A DNA stretch of 64,000 nt from Octopus sinensis (lineage: Eukaryota): contig NC_043008.1 in assembly GCF_006345805.1 (NCBI RefSeq), forward strand, positions 5,828,001-5,892,000. The letters are read 5' to 3'. The translations under genes and the position numbers were made by a program. The notes below the pieces were generated by a model. The model saw nothing but the letters and a program-made list of their open reading frames with translations, searched no databases and was not told where the DNA came from. How positions within the stretch are numbered: the first letter of the stretch is position 1; each line of letters opens with the position of its first letter. Shown piece by piece: positions 13,592-24,274 of the stretch.

Positions 13592-13877
13592 AAAAAATAT
13601 ATATAAAAATACAAAATGGGACAAGAACGCAAAACACTCAAATAGACGACACAAAAAACGGACGGGTCATTCGAAGCCTCTAGTCTTCAGTCAAGAACCG
13701 GATCATCATCGCAATTTCGGCTGATTAATCTTGAGATCGCTCTGATCCGGCCAGCCCCAAGGAAAAACTATGCTACGAGCATTAGATTTCTTGGAAAAAG
13801 GATCGAATGTATACGAAACAAGGACAGAAAAACGGACGATATCGCACGAATATAAGTACAAAAAACAATAATAGTAA

Positions 13878-13909
<32 letters not shown>

Positions 13910-14113
13910 GTTGTGTGTCTGAGTTTGTCCTCCCAACATCGCTTCACAACCGATGCTGGTGTGTTTACGTCCCCGTAACTTAGCGGTTCGGCAAAACAGA
14001 CCGATAGATTAAGTACTAGGCTTACAAAGAATAAGACCTGGGGTCGATTTGCTCGACTAAAGGCGGTGCTCCAGCATGGCCACAGTCAAAATGACTGAAA
14101 CAAGTAAAAGAGT
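13315..14113 (+). mobile_element. SINE family A, full length, interrupted by a ~285-bp insert inside its microsatellite
   Basis: 5' half 13315-13466, (TA)n, foreign sequence 13590-13875, (GT)n, 3' half 13915-14113. Confidence 0.88.
13590..13875 (-). mobile_element. Unclassified non-coding insert, possibly a Penelope-type terminal-repeat fragment
   Basis: Non-SINE sequence between the two halves of a SINE. The minus strand ends T-rich into (TA)n, like the 48.8-kb insert. The class assignment is inference. Confidence 0.4.
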
Positions 14114-14127
14114 ATGTGTGTATTTAC

Positions 14128-14200
14128 ATGCAGTGCATTTATCTTTTGTGAACCATAATAAGAGAGTTACGAAAAACGAAAGTAAAAGAAGGGGGTTCAT
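14128..14200 (-). CDS. Candidate first coding exon encoding a signal peptide (MNPLLLLSFFVTLLLWFTKDKCTA, phase-1 donor)
   Basis: ATG at 14200, a 13-residue hydrophobic core, ...CTA small-residue end, then T|GTAAAT donor at 14127. No downstream exon identified. Confidence 0.35.
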
Positions 14201-16043
14201 AGTTTGAAAACACTGCTGTATTATCGGACAGTAACTGTTCGGATTTTCAGTTCCAGCTTCTTTCATCCTAAGCTCCAACCTTGCTGTAATCGACATTTAC
14301 GAGCCAACAAAACAAGCAGAAGCCGCGTATTAATATTGCTATAATCAATTATTCTCTCACCCAAAACATTTGTTGACCTGTCTGATAGAAGGACCTCGAA
14401 ATCCACGTCAACCCTTCTTTTATTGAACCCTATCAAATTGTAAACCGGTCATTGGAGCGGGGTTCTTTCGTCTAAATGTCATTCGTTATTACGAAATAAA
14501 CTTTTATCGGAAGCTACGTTGATAGAAGAAACCATAAGATGCTAAATATATTAATCTATTTAATAAAAGCCGAGTATTCGAAAATGGGGAGTGATATTAT
14601 AAGGCACTAAGAAAATCTTAAAGGAGTGATTCTCCGACATACATTCTTTTTTTATTGCCTGTCTTTGTTGTAATAAAATGGGGATCAAAACTAGATTATC
14701 TCTGCCAGTATCTCAGATCCAAGTGGTGTTAGCTCCGAAACAACCAATAAATTAATCTTTTCCCCTTCTAGAAAGGCAGAACTGGATGCATCCCTTGTTC
14801 TCTTAAATAACGAATATGAAATACTTCGATGCGATGTAAAGCTCAGAATATTGGATGTTCTGCAGAAAAATTATGGTGCTCTCGTGCAAACAGAATACGG
14901 CATGTCATAGATGTCTCAGGCACATAATTAACAGCTTGGTGGAGAGCATAAAATATATTCCTGTACGCATTTCGTCACCAAAAGTCAAAAAAAAAAAAAA
15001 TACCTGTGGCTTGAACAGACCTCACAACCCATGTACTCGAATGTAAACTACCGTAATAAAATAAACTTTTTTTCATACGGAAAGAGAAAGAGAAATAACT
15101 GTGAGGATAATTGGAAGGAGAAAAAAAAAAGATTCTGTTAATTTAAAGAAGCTAAGAAAAATCAACCAGCTGTTAAACAATTTCCATTTTGTTGGGGTAG
15201 AGTTGATTGCAAAACAAAAAAATATTTGTAATATTCATTTGTCACATCGACACGAAGCCATATATCTGTAAAGCAGATGAGTAGTAATTGGGTTTAACTT
15301 CAGTTCATCATCGGTAATTAGATTGTAGACAACAGGCATTGAAAAAACTAAAGAGGGTCGATGCGAGAGTCAAACAGAATACAGAAAAAATTGTTGGCCA
15401 CTATCCTTGCAAATACGCAATGATCTGGCATACACGGCCTTCATTTTTACAGTACATTATCAAAAGAATAAGTTTTAAAGTCGACTCCAAGTGTCAGTTT
15501 AATCCATTTTATTGAAGAGAAAAAGTAAAGAAAATACAAAGAGCAATAAATAAACCTACAGCTCTGTGTTGTAAGTTTAATTCAAATTTGTCATTGAAAT
15601 GAAAAATAATTAAGAAAGAAAAGCTCTCCATATAATTCCTAGTAATTAAGTTTAGCACTCATTAGTAATTTGGTATTTAATTGAAATTTATAGACTGTTA
15701 AATATTTATTGAGTTATTTATTTTATTAGCAAAGATAGCTCTGAGATTTTAATAGATATTCATGGCTTCGAGCTAGATCGAAAACAAAGAAACATGTACC
15801 AATGTTTTTCGGAAATTAGCATGTATTTGTGTGAGCGTGTGTGAGTGTGTGTGTGTCTGTGTGTGTGTGCAATGATCGGTGGTGATAACGTGAAAGAGAA
15901 GATTTTCGTGTACGACGTCTGGGAAACAGTTTCAAGTCTTATCTGCAATCATTTCCCTTCAGTTACGTTGTCATTGTCTGAGACTAGCGATGAATGTTAT
16001 CCAATATAATTTCCTTACCTTTGAATGTGGCAATCTTGTGCCG

Positions 16044-16254
16044 CGAGCTGGCAGAAACGTTAACACGCCGGGTGAAATGCTTAGCCGTATTTCGTCCGCC
16101 GCGACGTTCTGAGTTCAACTTCCGCCGAGGTCGACTTTGCCTTTCATTCTTTCGGGGTCGATTAAATAAGTACCAGTTACGCACTGGGGTCGATATAATC
16201 GACTTAATCCGTTTGTCTGTCCTTGTTTGTCTCCTTGTGGGTAGTAAAGAAATA
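16044..16254 (+). mobile_element. SINE family B, tail type 1, with a 12-bp TSD
   Basis: AATCTTGTGCCG at 16032-16043 and 16255-16266. Confidence 0.9.
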
Positions 16255-16281
16255 AATCTTGTGCCGGAAACAAGAAAGCTC

Positions 16282-16410
16282 AGGTCGACTTTGCCTTTCA
16301 TCCTATCGTGGTCGATAAATTAAGTACCAGTTGTGTACGGGGTCGATCTATTCGACTATCTCCCTCCCTAAAATATTCAGGCCTTGTGCCCAAAGTAGAA
16401 AAGATTATTA
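16282..16410 (+). mobile_element. SINE family B, 5'-truncated, tail type 2
   Basis: Core plus CCCTCCCTAAAATATTCAGGCCTTGTGCCCAAAGTAGAAAAGAT. Confidence 0.85.
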
Positions 16411-16425
16411 TGAAAACTGCTATTA

Positions 16426-16562
16426 CGCCGAGGTCGACTTTGCCTTTCATCTTTTCGGGATCAATATATTAAGTACCAGCTGAGCACTGGGGGTCGATGT
16501 AATCAACTTACCTCCCCACTCCGAAATTGCTGGCGTTGTGCTAAAATTTGAAACCGATATTA
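16426..16562 (+). mobile_element. SINE family B, 5'-truncated, tail type 3
   Basis: Core plus CCGAAATTGCTGGCGTTGTGCTAAAATTTGAAACCGATATT. Confidence 0.85.
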
Positions 16563-17627
16563 TGGAAGCTGCTGAGAAGCGATCAATTCCTAACAAATCA
16601 AAGACATTACAAACAAAATTCACACACCCCTCCTATTCTTTTCCTCACTAATTCTCCGTTTCTGCGTTTATCTGAAAAATCTATATTTTATTTCAATTTA
16701 AGCAATGCTGGAAATAGTAAAACTCATCGCTAAATACATATTATTTCTTTTCATTCTTCTGTATTCTTTGTTTAAATCCTCCTGGGACTTAGATTACATT
16801 TACCCGTCTGGCTTCTTCATAAAACCATTTTCATCGCTCCCAATACGAATATAAGAAAATTATTAGCAGAGAAAACAATACCGTGCACGTGCATCTTACC
16901 ACTTTCTTTCAATAATCGTGGTCGGTCGGGTCGATAGGAACAGAAATAAAATAGCAGCAATTTGAAATTGTACGGTTCCAATTCCAACTAGTTATTTACG
17001 TTATTTAGGTTAATAAAAATAAAATGTTACTGTAATCAATTTAATCAAGTATAATCTATATTTAAAAAGTTCGTATTATCCCTTAAAAAATCATTATCCT
17101 TATTTCATATCTAATTCAGAAAATCGACATGAGAAAAAATTTTCTACAAATTAATATATTTATGTAAAATTTTATTAAAACGATTAAATGGATGCTAAAT
17201 GTAGAATTTTAGTTCTGTTGTCAAAGAGAGATAAGAAATAAATATACACAACAGAAAAAGCATTCTTTTTTAAAATTAATAACTGGCAGAAGTTACAGAG
17301 TGACTCAAATTGAAAGAAATATCAGCAATTTGTCAGTTATTATTTTGAACGAACTTGCCCATTTGAATTGTAGTATGAGCAAAATAATTGTTTCAACATG
17401 TTTGGAAATGATGTTGAAGAAAGCAGAGCCCAGTGAGAAGAAAATGCCATGATGTAAACTGTGTATGTACTGAGAGGAATTTGGCCACGTATAAACTGAG
17501 CAGGGATCTAAGTCTGGCTGATTCGCGAATGATATGCTATTTGAATAGTGCTGTTAGAATACGTTTCAGTTTATATATATATATATAATAATATATATAT
17601 ATATTATATATAATATATTATATATAT

Positions 17628-17680
<53 letters not shown>

Positions 17681-17836
17681 TGTGTTTGCGTGTATATATA
17701 TATATAATAATATATATATACAGAGAGAAAGAGAGAGATGTAGTAATACATACCGAACGGCATCGGTAAAAAGGGAAAGAAAGATCTAAAACAATTTCTC
17801 TGCAAACACTATAAGACTTCCACTGAAGAACTGAAC

Positions 17837-17883
<47 letters not shown>

Positions 17884-18102
17884 CACATGCACACACGCAC
17901 ATACACACACACACACACACATCTATACACCCTTTCTTTACGCCTCTGAAGATTTTCCTCATGTTTATACATGTGGGTTAACTTATGTAAACTTGCTGCT
18001 TCCGTCCGCTTTACGAGATAAAATGTCGCTTAAATGCGATCAAATTGTGACTCACGTCTCTCTTCTGTTTATAAAAGCATGATGCAGAACAGAATAAGTT
18101 TA

Positions 18103-18569
18103 TTAAATCCAATACAGAATATTAACCATGGCACCGCCATTTATAAGGCTTAATGCCGAAGTAATCTTAGATTTTTGACTTGTTGATTTGCGATGATTGA
18201 AATGAATTCTTGGAAATTCTTGCGTTTCAAATATGTATCGACTAAAACCGAAATTACAGTCATAGTACATGTGAGAAAAGGTTACATATTCTGAAATAGG
18301 AAAGCGAACATAACAGCGTAGGCTACCCTCAAACAATCCACCCCATGTAGGCAAAGAAGCAGAGATGGAAAGGTTAAAAGTTTCTTCCAAACAATCTGTG
18401 CACCAGATTCTTATTTCCATATCATAGAAAACTTTGTTCTTTTGACCTATGAAATTATCTGTGACATACATAGTTTTCTTATGCTTTCCATTTTCTTCAT
18501 TCAAGTAGAATGTTCTTTCTTGCCTAAGGACACTGCATTTATTTCGACTGTACTCAATGAATGATATTG
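18103..18569 (-). CDS. Candidate terminal coding exon of an unrecognised, possibly secreted or GPI-type protein
   Basis: About 155 stop-free, non-repetitive codons in AT-rich DNA (ISFIEYSRNKCSVLRQERTFYL...IWCTDCLEETF...RCYVRFP...YYDCNFGFSRYIF...SALSLINGGAMVNILYWI*). Acceptor TCTTTACAG| at 18571-18570 (phase 1). AATAAA overlaps the stop. No transposon motifs recognised. Confidence 0.55.
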
Positions 18570-18589
18570 CTGTAAAGACATCTACTGCC

Positions 18590-18626
18590 GTTGCTGTTGC
18601 TGCGGCTGCTGCTGTTGCTGCTGCTG

Positions 18627-18661
<35 letters not shown>

Positions 18662-18663
18662 GC

Positions 18664-18695
<32 letters not shown>

Positions 18696-18803
18696 GCACC
18701 ACCAGTACCAGCAATAGTACTGCCGCCACCATCACCACCACCACAACCATCACCATCACCATCACCACCCGCACCACCAGTACCACCAGCACCAGCACCA
18801 CCT

Positions 18804-18834
<31 letters not shown>

Positions 18835-18845
18835 AATAATCATTA
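18590..18845. repeat. Compound trinucleotide repeat (GCT)n-(ACT)n-(ACC)n-(ACT)n
   Basis: Directly visible. Explains the poly-V/A, poly-T and poly-L ORFs. Confidence 0.95.
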
Positions 18846-18856
18846 CCGCAACTGCA

Positions 18857-19057
18857 TATATATGTATATATATATATATATAATATATGTATATATATGT
18901 ATATATATATATATGTAATATATATGTATATATATATGTATATTATATGTATATATATATAGTATATATATATATATATATATAGTATAAATATATGTAA
19001 ATATATATATGTATATATATATGTATATATATATGTATATATATGTATATATATATG

Positions 19058-19108
<51 letters not shown>
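18857..19108. repeat. (TA)n microsatellite
   Basis: Directly visible. Confidence 0.95.
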
Positions 19109-19109
<1 letters not shown>

Positions 19110-20379
19110 TTCTCTTTAAAGTAAACAAAAACATTTCACCGTTTTATTGTTTTTTTTCAAAAATCCTATATTGAAAGAAATATCTTTATCGGTTCTTGTA
19201 CCGATTTCAGATTGGTGCCGTGTAATATAATTGTCTGGAATTTCATTGAAAACAAGACTGAAAATTGCAAAAATATACGAGGGATAAAAATACGGAAATA
19301 AAATAAAACCTTCAGAGAAAATCTAGAAACTGTTCAATTGAAAAGTTGATTAGGTGAGAATAAAATTATAAAATGGCGCTAGCGTGGTGTGTGTGTGTGT
19401 GTGTGTGTATGTGTGTGCGTGCGTGTGTGTGTGTGTGCGTGTGTGTAGTTATTATTTTGCCATTTTTAGTGCTGTATTTTTAATTTTCTTCATTTATGTT
19501 TCTTGTATAATTTTATTGGTGTGTATATTATTTTCGTTTTTGTTTTTATAAGATTCTTAAGATTGATGGGTCTCATTTTAGAATAATATCATGGGATTCT
19601 CTGGCGATAAGAAGAGGAAAAATACTCTCTCTCTGCTCGCACATGCCGCTCGATAAACAACCAAGTAATATTGAAAGATATCCTTTTGTTTTGTACGGAG
19701 CATATGAGTGTAATGAAAAGTCAAAAGAGATAGCACTACAATATGACCTGCAGGGACTCGCAGACGTTACTGTATAATCGAATATGTTCCACTTTTATTG
19801 CTAAAATTGATTATCTTCTGCGGAAATGGACATAATTGAAATAAAAGAAATTGCCAACTAAGTTCATTACAACTTTGATTTTTGTACTTAAAATATTTCC
19901 GAGTTCAAATCTCACCCAGAATTACTTTGGTTTTCATATTTCCAGAAATATTGATAAAATGACTTCCAATAGAAAAAAGTTGATATTGTGGTTGGAAATC
20001 TACATAAATGTAATTTTGAATTTAAAATGAGGGTGAGAAATTTGATATTAATTTAATTAACATCAATTTCACACCAGTGGTCTAGCATATAAAAAACTGA
20101 AGGTTCAGTAAAATTGTATTATATACATATGAGAAGGATGACCACTATGTGGACAACCCTTATGCTAGAAGTAGATCCGCATAGTGGTCATCCCTCTCAT
20201 ATGTATATAAATGTCATTTTGGATAGGTACAAGACTACAGACACACACACTCACGCACACACACACACACACACGCACACACACACACGATGGTTGCTTT
20301 ATCTTGAGAGATGATAGCCGTCCCATCAACACACACACCACACCCCATCACACGGTACAATCACTCCATTGATGACAAC

Positions 20380-22420
20380 CTTAGATGACTTTTAAGACCA
20401 GCTGCTGACTGACAGGGTTTGAAACACAACTGACAGATATCGTTCCAGTTTCTTCTACTGTCTTTGCCCTTTGGAATTTGATTCTGAAGGAATGTTTTTG
20501 TGAACTAGCACATGTCTTTAAGTCCAGATATTGTCATACAAGTTTTGTGACATATGACACAAGTCGTAAGAGGCGGTTGGGGTTGGAGATTATTACCCAC
20601 CTGGGCATTTCAATCTTCTTGTAACTTCATAGGATTCACGTTTGCTATTTTGACAACAGAACACGGTCACACATAATACGTATCCAATGTTCACCATTGG
20701 TTTCAGTTCCAGTTGTTCCTTTGAGACAGGCCCTTTTAAGCTCATAATGCTGAAACATATTTTCCTCAAAGGCGTTGCAACCAGTTCTTACAGCACCTCT
20801 CCACTTGTTCCGATCTAGAACATCCTTTTCCCAATCACTTTTGTTCATATCTAATTTTCTTCAAGTTTTCCTTCACACAGTTTTTATACCTTTTCATCGG
20901 TATATGTTAAGGTCGCTTACCAGAATTAAGCTCACCATAAAAAGAGACGCTTTGGCAATAAATCGTCATTTATTCTAATAACATATCCAACCCATCTCAC
21001 TTGAGCCAAGATAACATGTTCAATTGAGCTATAACGTGCCATGCGCAAAAGTTCTGTAACTGGTATCAAACATTCCCACTTGACTACCAAGATGATCACT
21101 TGACTACCAAGTGATCCACGTCTCACACGAATAAAGAAGTGCAGCATATACACACGCTTTATAGATACTGATTTTTGTCTGAAGGGAAATACCGCTATCT
21201 GCCCACACTCGCTTTTCAAGCTTTCCAAATGCAACACTTCCCTTCCCTATTTGATTATATATCTCTGTATCAAGACTAATTATGAGCCCGAAATGTACAC
21301 ATGCAGTGGGAACTCTGTCCGTTACATGTTATATCTCCCCTCTGAGTGTGCCAACAAATCATCATCATCATCAGCGTAAAGTAATTCTCTTACAAGTGTT
21401 TTGAAAGTTTTTGCTTTGAAGTTAAACCAGGTCAGATTGAAAATGCGACCTGATGTCCGAAATTTGATTCCGATTTTTCTGTTGCAATCCTTGAAAGCAC
21501 ACCAAAGCAATGCAGCAAAATAAATAGAGAAAAGTGTAGGGGCAGGAACATCTCCCTGTTTGACACCGTTGTCCACCGAGAATTCATGAGATAGCTCACC
21601 ATTAAAGACTACCTGAGCTTTTATGTTTCTGTGTAGTTCCTTAAAGATGCTCACAAAATGTGTTGGGCAACCAAGTTTACACAAAACAATCCACAGTGTC
21701 ACCCTTTTCACCGTGTTAAATGCCTTAGTTAAGCCTATGAAGACCTGGTGTAGTGGCATTTTTTCCCTATAAGCATTTCTCCTGAACAGAAAATATCATG
21801 TCCATTATTCCTCGTTGAAGTCTGAAACCACATTGTTCATTGGGAATCACGTGTGGACACGCATTTTCAACGAGGCAATCTAAGATAATTCTTGAAAGTA
21901 TCTTCCCGGTATGTGCCAGGAGAGTTATCCATTTATAATTACCACACATTGCTTTCGGGCCCTTACCCTTTTATACAGATATTAGAATGCCATTTATCCA
22001 TTCCTGTGGCACAGAAGATTTATTCTAAACTTGAGTTATCAGCCTATGAATTTCAGATGAAATATGATCCTTACATGCTTTCAAAATTTCAACTGGAAAA
22101 CCATCCAATCCAAGAGATTTACCGGATCTCAGTTTACAAAATGCCAGATTTACTTCAATGGAAGGCATATCGTTCATGTGCTGCACGATCTCTCTTTGCG
22201 CGAATCTTGTTTATGATATCCATATTCATTACAGAAAGATTACGGAAAAGATCTGCATCTATTCATTATTTCAGGACTACCTGTCTTATACTGCTGTTTC
22301 CATCTACCTCTTGCTAGTGAGCTGCAATGTCGTCCACAATTTCACAAAATGCTCCATTGTTTTAATTGATCCATCATACTTCAATTCTTATAAATCCTTC
22401 TAATTTTTATACTTTGACCC
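20380..22420 (-). mobile_element. RTE-clade LINE, decayed ORF2 (RT and C-terminus)
   Basis: Consecutive broken frames: NYKWITLLAHTGKILSRII...EQCGFRLQRG..DMIF; FI.LTKAFNTV...L.K.GCP..F...GVKQGDVPAPTLFSIY...RELLYADD; ...RWVG.V.R..DD.LPK.L; W......DR.KWR..V..G...FE. Confidence 0.92.
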
Positions 22421-22476
22421 GTCACGTGATAAACACTCCACCACTATTTTCTAACTTCTCTTTCTTGAGTTCTTTA

Positions 22477-22515
<39 letters not shown>

Positions 22516-22549
22516 CTCTTTCACTTTCACTTTCACTTCATCTTGTGCT

Positions 22550-22928
22550 GCACCAAAATGAGATGGAAAGCCATAATGTTGATATGGAAGAATTCCAAAG
22601 TGTCTACTCCGTGGCTGATTATGTTCTGGGGAAAAAAAGGACACCTCGCCAACCTCACTTAAGATACAAAGACTCCCGTAAACTGAATAAGGACAATGAT
22701 AGTATTTTTGTGGAGAGTTAGCAAAATATGCTATAGAAGGACATCAGGGAGGAAATATAGTCAATGCGTCTAAGAATTTCAAAGAGAATCGTATAATTGA
22801 AATGAGATTCAAAGAAAGAAAACCCCGTTGTTTATCAGTAAACTTTACTAATGTCCAGTTTGTAACCAGCTCCGTCTTTCTTCGGCTCTTCTTGTTGGCC
22901 ATTCGGAAGCAAGCTAACAGCACATCAT

Positions 22929-22930
<2 letters not shown>
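22550..22930 (+). mobile_element. RTE-clade LINE C-terminal fragment, opposite orientation
   Basis: Frameshifted ...GKKRTPRQPHLRYKDS... (cf. GKR..GRPKLRYKD), with a terminal ...KLTAHHR zinc-knuckle remnant. Confidence 0.55.
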
Positions 22931-22978
<48 letters not shown>

Positions 22979-24118
22979 TGCTAATTACGTAATAAACCTT
23001 ATCTTTATATTGGTGACGTGAAGAGACTTATGTCTGTTCAAATTCCATTTGTCATGATTCGGTTTTGTATTTATTGGAGTAATTACATTTACGTAATATT
23101 TGGAGTGAACCCTACAAACCCTCATCTGGATTATAAAATCATTCTCTACTTGTAATTCATTAACAAGCTATGGCCATGCTCATTATAGTTCCGACACACA
23201 CACACACAAACACCCGTTTGAATACGTCCGTGTGTGCGTATGCTTGTGTAATCCTACCTAATAAGAATCCCTTGTAGAAATGCATATTTCGTCAATATTA
23301 TTATTTCCTCTATTAATGCATCGGCAAAAGCATTGACATCTTGTTGAATTTACTTGACCATTCGTTCTCTTTCTGGCTTCCATTTGCGTGACTTTACGCT
23401 TCTGATTGAAAAGGTGTGGACTTGACAAGACTTAAGCATGTTTGAAACATTCTTCTAGTTCGCTCCTCGAAAATGAAGAACGCCGCGATAATCTTTGGAA
23501 TTTCTGTCTCAAACTTAACATTCCTTTGTGCCAAACAATTAATTATATGTCTTGATAAACGTGTTCTGATCCGATAAATACTGATTTACCTTAACTCAGC
23601 ACAACGCTAATTTGAAGGAAAGTGTCGTATTGTTATAACACTGCTTACTACTTTAAATGTTGAGTAATCATTCACTATGTGTAAGCCTTGTTCTATACAT
23701 TCATACACACACACACATACATACATACATACATACATTATATACACATATGCATACACGCATGTACACAGACTGACACACACACATTCACATACACACA
23801 CGCAGATATATCTACATGGATGCATCTATATGTATACATGTGTATGGTGTGTCTGTTATGTCATATAAGTAGACAACTTTTGTGAGAATTCAACTTAGAT
23901 GAAGAGTTAAATATCTACATATTTGAATATAACAATTGCTCAAATACAGAGAATCACTGTTGTTAAATTAGAACCAAACCGCAAGTCTTAAGATCCTTGT
24001 GGATGTGAAGGTTAACCTTTAGACATGGTGAATGCAATATGTTTTCTTCGGACCTACTCAGTGTCTGCTTCTTACATGAAATCTATGGTATACCTGTACA
24101 TAATAAATGTCATAGTCA

Positions 24119-24119
<1 letters not shown>

Positions 24120-24150
<31 letters not shown>

Positions 24151-24152
24151 TA

Positions 24153-24200
<48 letters not shown>

Positions 24201-24216
24201 GTATATGTGTGTGTAT

Positions 24217-24272
<56 letters not shown>
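24120..24272. repeat. (TA)n-(GT)n microsatellite
   Basis: Directly visible. Confidence 0.95.
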
Positions 24273-24274
<2 letters not shown>

